Shown: in pieces, positions 1-10,904 of the stretch
How positions within the stretch are numbered: the stretch's first letter is position 1
How the letters are laid out: each line of letters begins with the position of its first letter
Assembly: GCA_018398765.1 (NCBI GenBank)
Contig: JAHBMJ010000348.1
Location: forward strand, 1-49,999
Source: Chromera velia
Taxonomy: Eukaryota
DNA length: 49,999 bases
Direction: 5' to 3'
Position numbers and translations under genes: made by a program
Notes under the pieces: model-generated
The model's input: the letters and a program-made list of their open reading frames with translations, nothing else
Databases searched by the model: none
Told to the model about the DNA's origin: nothing

Positions 1-780
1 AGTCATCGGCTGCACAGATGGGTTCTCAACACGCCCCCTTTCTCCCCCCTCTCCCCTCCCCCTTCCAGCCAGAGCACCAGTGAGTATGTTCCTCACTTCC
101 TTGACACCTACCTCCCACGCTAACTCCGTCAGGAGTACACACACCTCGGCTACACACGTGTGATCCCCCCCAGTAGCCACGAATGTCTGGTCCGTTGCTC
201 GGACACCGGTAACGTAGTTCTGTGCGATGTGCCTCACCTTTAGAGACACCTTCCTATTGTATTCTGGATACTTCAGTCCCCCCATCCCTGCCATCTGTGC
301 CTCCCTCGATAGGGAGCTGAAGACCCCTTCCATCGGGATGTCAACATACGGCAGCAGAAGGTCTTGGACAATCGCATCACACCCCTCTTTGAGCTCGATC
401 ATTCCTGGCCTCCCCATCTCGTTCATCCCCCCTTCCTTCCTTCTATCCGACGTCATGAACAGGCGGAGGTACTTGTTCCGTTCAATTGCATCGATGTACA
501 CCCCCTCCTTCTACGGGTCCTCCTTCAATCTCTTCAATATTGCTGCTGCCTTGGGCTTCACCTGCGTGAGTACCATCTTGTAGTAAGGCTCCACCCCCAG
601 TCCATTCTGCACCTCCATCTTCTGCTCATTCAGCCCCAGCCTTTCCCCCTCTATGTAGGGATACACCACATACTCGTTCTGCAGTGTCGGGCCTCCCCCG
701 TTCTGCGGCTCGCTCCCCCCAACCACAGAGAAGTCAAGATGCCTCGGCCTCCCGAGCCTGTCTGCCAATGTTCGACTCAT
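1..780 (-). pseudogene. Uncharacterised reading frame with one in-frame TAG, running off the window edge (possibly a transposon ORF)
   Basis: ORF 511..780 continues in frame past the TAG at 511-513 (KEGVYIDAIERNKYLRLFMTSD...RVENPSVQPMT) with no further stop down to position 1; no recognisable domain. Confidence 0.5.
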
Positions 781-1536
781 CGCCTAAACCTACAAGTCAC
801 TCACAGTCAATGGAAAGACAGACACAGTAAATAAAGCTCCGAGGTTCCGGCAAACTTGCGCCCTAGAAGAAGAACAATAGGAATGTTTTAGTATGATTAG
901 TTCTCTTCCAACAGCCGAGATAGTCCTGCTATACATGTACTATTTGCTAAGGGACCGACGGTGGACTCTACCGAAATCACCATCTCTAAGATTGGTCAAT
1001 ATGACAGCATGCTCTCACTTCTGGGTAAGTCAAATAATCGAGCAAAAAGAATGCATGCAAAAAATTCCACTTTTGTGCGATCCGGATGGGGACGCCGAAA
1101 AAAGTGAATAATTAATGTATGCACCTGCTACGCGCGCATCATTCGCAAGAAGTCACGGGTCTGATTGCATATACAATGGTGCTGACACACCAGAGCCGTG
1201 CATGCAATATCAGATGGACTAACTCCAAGAATGCAACATCTGATCAATCAAGAAGCACAGAACAAGGCATGATATAGGTAAAGATGAGCCAATACAGCCC
1301 TAGTATCATACTAGCAACTACACTGGCTCTAAAACTTTTAAAGAAGGGAGCTTGATCCAATGTTGTCCCCAAAAATGAAATTTCGCCAAACTCAAAAATT
1401 TTATTCAATAATTTTGTCACCTAGGGTAGTAAGTATGCTGAGATGTTTATACATTTTATTAGTATTTTATAAAAAATATTCGATATGACTATAACTGTAA
1501 AACTGCCAGTGTTATGATCTTATTCACTGTTAGTTT

Positions 1537-1931
1537 TGTGAAACTGGAAATGCAGACAGTCGCTGAGTGTGTGTATGTAACGTATGCATGACTGCTGTGA
1601 AGTGAAATGAATTCAATCTTCCAGTCAGTGTGTGGTGGTACCAGCAGACTATATGATGTGTGGAGTGTTCGTCTGAAGGGCTTCCACCCAGAGCCACTGT
1701 ATACAGCTTCGTCACTGTAGCTCTGTACCATATGTGTTCCTCGATCACCAGTGCGTCCCCTGAAAGACCCACATCCCGATCTATACACCTGATGGAGTGG
1801 CCCAGTCCGGCACCGCGGCTGGCCTACATGCATACATGTACATTGATGCGTCATGCGTGATCATACATGCATGCAATTTAAACAATAGATTCAGAGTCAC
1901 AGAATTCGGTTGATTCACAATGAACAATCAG
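1537..1931 (+). repeat. 5' LTR, first part
   Basis: Direct repeat of 7016 to about 7430, starting TGTGAAACTGGAAATGCA. Confidence 0.9.
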
Positions 1932-4900
1932 CAGAAAGAGCTAGCGCTCTAGACATGATTGACATGAAGATCTACTTCTTACGCAAAACCTCTGGCAGTT
2001 GCCCAGAGTAGTCTTTGTCTGCTTTTGTGTCTTGCATTGACCACGAATGCATGGACGTCAATTTGACTTGTCTCAAACATGCTTTTGCATACATACATTT
2101 TATTTCATTTTATTTCTACACGTTTGCAAATATTCGCGCATGCATTGCGCCGTTCTGATTCATCCCCCGAGCACGTGAGCAAGTGAATCTTTTGATAGAT
2201 CACAGGCTTGATCGATACTGTATGAATCGAGCGAAACTGCGAGTTGTTTCATTTGTAGATTGATTTCGTGAACCAGATGGGTTTGCACAGACAATTTGCC
2301 GGCTGTGCACGTCTGGTGATCCACTGCATACGCACCCCCCACTTCTGGATCTGCTGAAGGACGTAATCGAGCATCCCTTGATACTCGGTGTCTGTGTTTA
2401 AAATCCCTGATCTGACCCAATCATGTAGTGCCCCATTGTTGACAAAGATCGAAATAATTGGATCTCTCCCCCACAACTTTTGAATGAATCGTGCACACCT
2501 TGGAATGCGTTTGATCAGACAACAGACGGCAATCAACTCACTAATTGATGATGAGCTATGCTTGCTTTTGTCCTTGGAGAGGTCCCACGAGATGACATTC
2601 TTGGGCCCATCTCGTTCTAGATCCCACGACTCATCATTGAGCATCATCATGTCTCCCTGCCTGCCTTCGTACTTCGGGCGGTTCCACATGGCATTGGAAT
2701 AGCCGGCGAAATGGAGTTCTCTTCCCTTCAAGCCATGAAGGACAAGGGGCTCTCTGTGGGTTTTCAACCCGTGTATGGCTGTCTTGACTGCTGAGAGATG
2801 GCGGGTGGTAGGTTTGGTGGTTGCTTTGCTGAGGAGGGAAAACCAGAGTGCTCTCCTCCAGTTGAGATGAACAGCCCACCCCAACACACCATTTGCCTCC
2901 TGATAGACCCCCTGTAGGGATATGTCCACATCTTGCTCCTCGGCTGGAGCGACGTCTTTTTCGGACAGGGATTTCTTCAGTTTCCCCGGGATTGTATCGA
3001 CGTCAATGCCTTCGAGGTAACTCTCGGACATGAGTTCGAAGGTGTGTGCATCGGGACGGTACATGTCTATCCCAATGTACTTTGCCTTGGACCCCACATT
3101 CACTTTTGTTCGGGAACCGATCTTGAATCTCTCCTCCAACATATCGAACGCCTCCTCCGTTCTCTCCCCTGCCCCGAAAATGTTGTCCATATGTGTGGCT
3201 TGTACGTCCTGTGCGGGTTTGTCTTCCACCTCCCTTCTGACTGTGATTAACTGCTCAACAGGAACAAACTCCAGCTCCTCCTACCCTCTCCTCAATTCCT
3301 TCTCCCACAGTGCAGGTGCTGCAGGGGTGCCGTAGAGGGCATTGCTGAGTTTGTAGATCTGACCTGGGACCACTCTCTCTGCCTCTTTCCTTATCTCTCC
3401 CCACTCGGCATCGCTGTACTCAGTGAGAAAAGAAGGCTTCTGTGCAGGCATGGTAGGAATGCTCTTCGGGATGCGCACCCCCACGTGCTCTACGTGGTCG
3501 TCGGGGGACTGGAGGAATACATTTTTGATATCCACCAACTCCACCTCAAACCCCCGAGTGGCAACATACAAGAGGGTGAGAAGAAAGCAGTCACGGTTGG
3601 GAGTGCTACTGAATGTGTCCACCTTCCTCAGGTCATCGTACCCTGCGACATAAATGCGCGTCTTTTTCTTTTTACTCCCGGGTCCCTTGCTCAAATCTTC
3701 TTTGTGGTTTCTGGTAAAACCCATGTTAAGCACGGCAGCGAGCTCAAGGTGTGAGCGGCGCTTTCCGATCATCTTCGTGTGAAGGATAGCTACCCACTCT
3801 TTGACGTCAGCCTCCCAAAATTCTTCTCTCGCGATCTCTTCTCTGCTGGCAGGAAGCATTGTTGCTCCCTTTCGGAAGCTAGCCAGAGCGAGAAACGAAG
3901 CGTCTCCCCCAAATTCCTTTGAGTATCTATGGACGTCAGAGTCCCACTGCGGCATGCGGCGGCTGTATGGGATCTTTGTGGGAGGAGCCGGACGATTGAA
4001 TTGCGTTTGAGGCAAGGTAGGCTGCCCCTGCTTTACGATCAGTATGGCACCACCTTCCTCTTGAACCTGCCCTTCCTCTGCTTTTATCTCCAAAGCTCTG
4101 TCTCCGAACAGTTCCTCTTTCACTCTCCTCTACTCCTCTTCTTCTTGATTCACCCCCGACAGCTGAGCAGCCACGTCTGCAGAGGTAGATGGAGGGACGA
4201 CCGCAGGCACGGCCTCGGGAGAGACAACGGGAGACACGGCTGCATTGGCCGTCTCCGGAGCAGACGGAAAGGGCTGTCTCTCAGACCACTGAAAGTGGGA
4301 GACAACGAGTCGGTGGTTGATGTTGTTGTGACGCATACCCCCGACTCTAGCTTCTCCAGCTGGCGTCTGGTCGAATTCATTGACCTGCACACTTCTGCTG
4401 TTTTTTTATTGGACAATGAAAGGCTGCAATGCCCCCTCTCTGCCTGTTTGAGCCCAGATACCGCTGTACTTTTGGCGTCTTTCGCGCCTCCACCCCTTCT
4501 CCATTGCTGTCTCCCTCAACCCTTCCTCGGACTTCCAACCCCGCAACACCCGGGCCATACGCGGCGGCACCCCCAACCTCTTGCGGTCTGGACTGAGAAG
4601 GAATCAGAAACATGAACACAAGGAACAGGGACGGACCGTGGAGCATAGGTGGTGCCTGCTGCTGCTTCTGTGCTTAGATGTCCGACCAGTGACGAGCCTC
4701 TAGAACCTCTCATTTTTGGCGGCACCCCAGCCATGACTTGTTCAGGCCTCGCCTAACCGGCTTCAGCTATGCTAGGTGGACTTCGAGCACAGTGTGGGTC
4801 TCTGTGCCCTTACCCAAGATGGGTGCTCTGCGGAGAACAGTGGCAAGATGAGAATTTTCTTTGTGGAGATACATGACCTCCACCCCTGCCAGCTCCAGGC

Positions 4901-5362
4901 TCTTCTCATTCATTTTCACCACAACCTGATCTCCAAACATGAACGTCCGCACGGGTGGGAAACCCAAATGTTTCTCTGCAGGAGTCATGCCAATCTGTTT
5001 GTTGTAGGTCTTGTTCCAGGTCTCACAAATGCCGTCGAACACGTGCTTGTACAAGACCTTCGGCAGGTTCAGCTCTTCCAGTACAGTCTGCACTAGAACT
5101 CGAGCTATGCGGGTGGCGGTGTCAATCGTCCCATGTGGACCATAACAGTACGGTGGCGCTGGCACCATAGCGATGTGCCATTTCCTCCCCGCTGCCCACA
5201 GCTCCTGCACCTTGTCTGCCTCAATGGACTCGAGAAAGCTGCCATAGCGTGCTTTCCATGTGAGTAAGTATGCGCCCAAGTCGCCTTCCACCTTGCGGTT
5301 GGCGCCTGCCATCATGTCCCATTTGCCGGTGTAGTAGTTAAGCATGAAAGAGACTGCGTACT
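1932..5362 (-). mobile_element. 5'-truncated Ty1/copia-type segment (integrase-RT-RNase H, PPT, probable 3' LTR remnant) inserted antisense in the LTR
   Basis: Copia domain order INT-RT-RH on the minus strand, then a GGGGGATGAA purine tract near 2168-2159 and about 230 bp of non-coding sequence. Confidence 0.75.
2249..5345 (-). pseudogene. pol: Degenerate copia-like pol
   Basis: Integrase C-half (PKVLY...WNKTYNKQIGMTPAEKHLG, 4767-5345); RVT_2-type RT (KTRIYVAG, VDIKNVFLQ, YKLSNALYG, HMDNI); RNase H (GYSNA, SSSISELIA, FVNN, QPANCLCKP). Broken by stops and frameshifts. Confidence 0.85.
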
Positions 5363-5454
5363 CAAAGACACACAGACTTACAGTCTTGTTAAGACAGGAC
5401 CCGGCTTCATGTAACTGAGCTAGCAGAGCCCAAAGGTAGCCTATCTAATTCATA
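5363..5454 (+). repeat. 5' LTR, second part
   Basis: CAAAGACACACAGACTT...CTATCTAATTCATA matches 7437-7528. Confidence 0.9.
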
Positions 5455-5569
5455 TAGGTGCAATCCCAGGCAGGGCAGACGGTCCCGCAGAATTGGGGTT
5501 CTGCTTGAACAGAAACATTGAAATCAATATCCCTCACTACATAGCTCTCTACTGTTGCTTGATTTCGAT

Positions 5570-6784
5570 ATGGCCGATGAGAACCGAACTTCTGTTTTTA
5601 GTCAGAAGCAGCAGTCAAGCTCCCACAGGCAGAGACCTACACTGGCGGACCTACTTGGAGAGGGGAGTCAGAAGCAGAAGAGCGGAGTCCAAGAAAAAGA
5701 GCCCCGTCCTCTTCGCTACACAGAGACTGGTGGTTTTACCAGATTCAAAGCTCGCTTCAAAAACCACAAGGAGGCGAAGCAGAGATGGGTGGTGCGGTAC
5801 CTTGGCATCAATTTAGACACAGCAGAAGCCGACGCAGCTGCTGAGGTGCTGGATGAGCTGGATACCCGTCTATGTCACGACTTGGTTGAGTGTACTGAAG
5901 AAAACGACTCGTTCTTTGACGTTGTGCAGAGAGCAAGGGAGTCGGGCGGCCCAAGAAATGTTGTCCCCTTCGAAAAACAGTGGGAATTCATCCTCAGGCA
6001 CTACGAGACCTCTCAGATGTCCCAAAAGCTAAAGGCATTCCTCTTTTTCTTTGCTTTTCTCTTTGTTAAGGTTCCGGAGGGACCAAAGAAAAGGATTCAG
6101 CTGTTTCGAGATTTGCTTGCAGGTTGCAGAAAATTCGGGTATGAGCCCGATGCCTTTTCAAAGTTCGTGGTGCTTATGTGGGGACTGAGAAAAGAAGAGC
6201 AACAGTCTATCTACAAGGACTTAAGGGATGAAATAGACTTTGACAAGGTGATTGCCTCGGTCGAAGCATTGGCGAAGGCACAAGCAACCTGCTTTGGCAA
6301 AAGGAAAGATGAAGACGATAGAGGAGTGATAGAGACGGGACCGCTGAAAGCAATCCTAAAAAAGGTAGTAAAGGGAGGCAAAAAAACTGAGGAAGGAGAA
6401 GAGAGGGCAGCGAAAAGAAGATCCGCTGGGTCGGGGAGGAAGAGCGACGACTTGGATGACAATACAGAATCGGGTGTGAAACCGATTTTCAAGTCTATCC
6501 CCGGTCGTTTCACAAAGAGATGTATGAGATGTGCGGAGGAGGGACATCATCAAGCGTCCTGTTCCTATTCCGATGATACGATCGCAAGGTGGATGGTGAA
6601 CGCAGCAGAGTTCAGAGAAAAGAAACGGACAGAGAGGGAGAACGGAAAGGCTAGACAGAAAGGAGAAGAAAGAGAGCAACAAAGTAAAGGAGAAAGAAAA
6701 GGAAAAGGAGAAGGAAGGAGGAAAGGAGAAGGGGGGAAAAGCAAAACTCTCTATCAAGAGATCAACTTCCATCTCCTCGATTGA
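5570..6784 (+). CDS. gag: Retrotransposon Gag-like protein with CCHC zinc knuckle
   Basis: Uninterrupted ORF of about 404 codons from ATG 5570; CMRCAEEGHHQASC fits CX2CX4HX4C; basic C-terminus; lies between LTRs. Confidence 0.8.
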   Translation: MADENRTSVFSQKQQSSSHRQRPTLADLLGEGSQKQKSGVQEKEPRPLRYTETGGFTRFKARFKNHKEAKQRWVVRYLGINLDTAEADAAAEVLDELDTRLCHDLVECTEENDSFFDVVQRARESGGPRNVVPFEKQWEFILRHYETSQMSQKLKAFLFFFAFLFVKVPEGPKKRIQLFRDLLAGCRKFGYEPDAFSKFVVLMWGLRKEEQQSIYKDLRDEIDFDKVIASVEALAKAQATCFGKRKDEDDRGVIETGPLKAILKKVVKGGKKTEEGEERAAKRRSAGSGRKSDDLDDNTESGVKPIFKSIPGRFTKRCMRCAEEGHHQASCSYSDDTIARWMVNAAEFREKKRTERENGKARQKGEEREQQSKGERKGKGEGRRKGEGGKSKTLYQEINFHLLD

Positions 6785-7015
6785 CTCCTATGAGAGGCAT
6801 GACGAAATGTGGGAATCTGACTGTGAGTCTCTCATTGACTCAGACAAGAGCGCAGATGAATGAAAAGCACTCAAGCAACTTGTCAAGAAGAGATGATGAA
6901 AAGGTTAACAGCAAGGATGGGGGGTGAATTGACCTTTTGTCTTTTATTGGAATTTGCTCACCCAGTTTCAGTGCACAAGCTTGTTTTCGAAAGGCCACTG
7001 CGCTTGGGAGGTGAA

Positions 7016-7528
7016 TGTGAAACTGGAAATGCAAACAGTCACTGAGTGTGTGCATGTAACGTATGCATAACTGCTATGAAGTGAAATGAATTCAATCTTC
7101 CAGTCAGTGTGTGGTGGTACCAGCAGATTGTATCAGTCTGTATGGTATGTGGAGTGTTCGTCTGAAGGGCTTCCGCCCAGAGCCACTGTATACAGCTTCC
7201 TCACTGTAGCCCTGTAACGTATGTGTTCCTCGATCACCAGTGCGCCCCCTAAAAGACTCACATCCCGATCCATGCACCTGATGGAGCGGCCCAGTCTGGC
7301 ACCGCGGCTGGCCCACATACATACATGTACATCGATGCGTCATGCGTGATCATATATGTATGCAATTTAGACAATAGATTCAGAGTCACAGAATTCACAA
7401 GAATTCGCTTAATTCACAACAAACAATTAGATGTTGCAAAGACACACAGACTTATAGTCTTGTTAAAACAGGACCCGGCTTCATGTAACTGAGCTAGCGG
7501 AGCCCAAAGATAGCCTATCTAATTCACA
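7016..7528 (+). repeat. 3' LTR (513 bp)
   Basis: TG...CA ends with 6-bp inverted termini TGTGAA/TTCACA; preceded by a purine tract. Confidence 0.9.
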
Positions 7529-8608
7529 ATTTTACTTCTTATTTTGTTTAAGATTTAGGTTCAAGATATAATACATTTCAAAATATAAAATTAAATTCTA
7601 AGAAAAATTTAGTAGAAAAAACGTATTGTATTGAACACTAAACACTTGTTTGAACTAGTTTAAGCAAAAGATTTATAAATAAAAAACATGGTTATTTTTT
7701 ATATATGCATTTTAGTCTACACTCTAAATACTATATTAAGTTGGTTCTTAACATATATTTAAAAAATAACAGCCTACACCCAACCACTTAGGTGAGTGCC
7801 TCAGAGGGCATTGGTAAATAGTTTGACTTCATGCGTACAGTTCTGAGGTTTAATTCGTAGCTGTGAGCGTTTATGTAAGCTAGTGTGATGAAGTGTACAA
7901 TCCCAGGGCCGCTGTGGACTGACATTAACCAACATTAGTTGCCCTTTGACGTACTTTTAGGCGAGATACACATGCTGATCGAGGGTTTTGTTATGCATGC
8001 CGTATCCCAACATATGAGGGGCAGATCTAGCGTAGTTTGCCCGAAGGTACACATACACGGTACTACGCGGTTTGTGGTGCTTTATATATGGGAATTAGGG
8101 TGTATGACACTGTGACATTGTTAAACAAACAAACGTATACCAAACCTCCCACCCAAAAATGAAAAAATGCTTTATACGAGTCACGCAGCGAGTACGTGCG
8201 TCACACTGTGTGTGCGATCTCATGGCTTCTCAGCTGATCGAAGCTGTCGGGTGATTTCAAGGCACTCATGCATCCAACGCAAACAAACAGCTAGAAACAA
8301 ACAAAACATTCGCTTTCCGGGCCATTCGCACGGAGTGCATGCGTCTAATTGAGATCTTTCCGGGGCCGCTGCAATTAATCGACTAGCTTCCGATTAACAT
8401 GCGAAAAAAATATGAATACGGTACCGATCGATCGAAGATCGACTTATAATTACCTTTTTACAAGATCGATTACAGCACCAACACGCACCTCACTCATTTC
8501 ACAGCGTCCCTCTCTACCCCTGTGTGAGCGACTTCTCTTCTCTTTTTCATTAGCGGCTGAAGCGGAACGTCTCCACTGTTTCGACTCGATCAGCGTCCAG
8601 CTCACATC

Positions 8609-10904
8609 ATGAAGCTCGTTGCTGGGGTGGCTCTTGGAGTCGTTGCTGCCAATGCAGCTTTCGACTTCGGTCAGTCCATCTGATGGTGATTCGTGAGGTT
8701 CCTTCTGAGTGACACCTACCAAACACAAGATCTGAAACTGAATTGGTCATAACGTGGGGAGATCAACGCTTAAGAACCATCAAGCAACACCGATCTTTTC
8801 GCGCAACACCTTCGTGAAACACCTGAGCATGGAGAAGCCTGTTGTTTCATGTTTTCTCGAAGCTTCTGTCGTTTGAATACTTGAGACCCTCTGCTACCTG
8901 TATGCAGATAACTTCAAGCTCGATGGGTTCGCTGACAGGATCAAATTCGACCTGGATGGCTTCGGGAAGTTCGGTGACTCTATCGGGAACTCCAAGGGGA
9001 CCAAGAAGGAGGCTTGCGGCGATGGAAAGATTCAGGTGAAGGACGGCGAGACCTGCGACGGCGACAAGTTCCTTCTCGGTGAATTCGCTCCCCCCGATGC
9101 CACCTTCACCTGCCGTGACGACTGCACCTACTGCGGTGACGGCGTCCTCCAGTCTGTTGAGCAGTGCGACTTCGGTCTCCAGAACAGCAACGTAGGCCCT
9201 GGCTGCAGCGAGGATTGCGTGATCATTGAACCCGCAACCTGTGCTGTCGCCGGCTTCGACAACGCTGCCTGCAACGCCGATCCCGACTTCTTTGAGGCCC
9301 TGCCCAACCCCGAGAACATCCTCTGCCCCGATGACTCTGACGCCGCCTCCTGTACCCTGGAATGGTGCTGCGAGCCCCAGCTCTTCTGTTCTCCCGACTA
9401 CACCTGCCAGGTGAGAAAGAAACATTGCATGCATGGGTAATGAGAGACCAGGTAGATAAATCTCGGCACTACTACTCCAAAAAAGCTTCTTGAATCCGAC
9501 GTGTTCTTCGTGAAATCTTGAGAGTCTGCGACAAGAATCCATTCCTTGAGATGAGATCAATCTTTTGGCTATCTACCCTCTGCCTCTTGCAGGAGCCCGT
9601 GAACATGCTGCGTCCCGATGCCGGCGAAACCCCCTGCCCTGGCAATGTCTGCACAGACGCTGTGTGCTGCGTGCCTGAATCTTGCGACGACAGCGACGTC
9701 TGCCTGACGGATAACACCGTCCGCCCCGGAGCTTTCGGCCTCGAGTGCGACGGAAACGCCTGCGACACCTGCGCATGCTGCGTGGATAACACACCTTCAA
9801 TTCCCTCCGATCAATGCGAGGGACCCTGGAACATCAACTACTCGTCCAACAACGGCATCATCGGCCCCTCCCAGGACTGCAATGACCTCGGCAATCCCGT
9901 CATCAATGTAAGTGGATTTTCTATGATCTGGGGCGAGGGAACTTCTTCTCACTGTGCATTAAGAGGAATCAAGCCGTTTGTTTGCCCGCGCATTTTTTTG
10001 CAGAAGAGTGAAGCAAACAAAGCCATGATGGAAGAAGATAAGGCCGGACAAACGAGTCAAAAGAGTCACTAGGTGCGACTAGCTGCGAAAGCATTTTCAC
10101 GGAATCAGTGGGCACGAAGTCGTTTTTCCTCCTCCAAGGCGTGCCAGCAGTCTCACGTGGATCAGTCTCTAACAGGGTCGAGCAGTCATGATCCTTCTTA
10201 CCGGCAGTGGAGATTTTCTCCGACTGCATGTTCAATGTCAGTGCATGGTCAAACACTGTTGCATGGAGGTGATACTGGAGGTGAGACACAAAAGTGAAGA
10301 TGTCTTGTCGACCCTGCTGCCTGCAGTCTGGCGACACTGTCGGCCTGTGCTGGCAGGTGAACAGAGGTGGCGGTACTACCCTTGGAAGTCAGACCGTCGG
10401 ATTCTACCTGCAGTTCGAAATCCTTTCGGGCGACTACATCTGGTCAGTCAATCGGTCTGCTCTCTACCTAGTGGTGAGCAAAAAAGAGATTTGGCTGAAC
10501 GTACGACGAGTGAGAGTCATTTCAAAATTTAATCTTTACGTTGGGTGTGTACGTGCAGGCCCGCTTCAGCTTACCAAAACCCCCTTCTGATCGACGGGTT
10601 TGACGGCGGAAACGGAGAAGCCACGTGTACCATCGACTCCACTGGCAAAAGGCTGCGTTGCGACATTCTTCCCGAGAACAGCGCGCTCTTCATCTTCAGT
10701 GGCGACAACTCTGGTTGTGTGGGAAACTGTTCACCGCCCACTATCTTCCCCGTCGAGCCCACTGGCACTGCAACTCCCCTGGAGGTCTCTGTGACCATCA
10801 CCGGACAGGACGGCACTTGCAGCGTCATCTCCAACACGCAGAATACCGACGGTGCGGTGTGGTTCAACCCCGAACCCCTTGTCAGCATTTTCCCCTCAAA
10901 CTGA
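8609..10904 (+). CDS. Secreted Cys-rich multidomain protein, 5 exons (8609-8669, 8908-9410, 9593-9907, 10327-10442, 10559-10904)
   Basis: Signal-peptide-like MKLVAGVALGVVAANA; four GT-AG introns splice in frame; two CGDG-x-E-x-CD repeats (Myxococcus Cys-rich/DUF4215-like); three six-Cys modules ending in CC; codons rich in C at third position. Confidence 0.85.

Larger units (their letters stand above)
1537..7528 (+). mobile_element. Gag-only LTR retroelement (TR-GAG-like) with interrupted 5' LTR
   Basis: Complete LTR 7016-7528 (TGTGAA...TTCACA); its first part recurs at 1537-1931 and its last part at about 5363-5454. Flanks AGTTT/ATTTT form a near-perfect 5-bp TSD. Purine tract GGGAGGTGAA precedes the 3' LTR. 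Only a gag ORF lies between 5454 and 7016. Confidence 0.8.

Noticed and set aside
8847..9560. 237-aa minus-strand ORF
   Set aside because: Antisense shadow of exon 2 of the Cys-rich gene.
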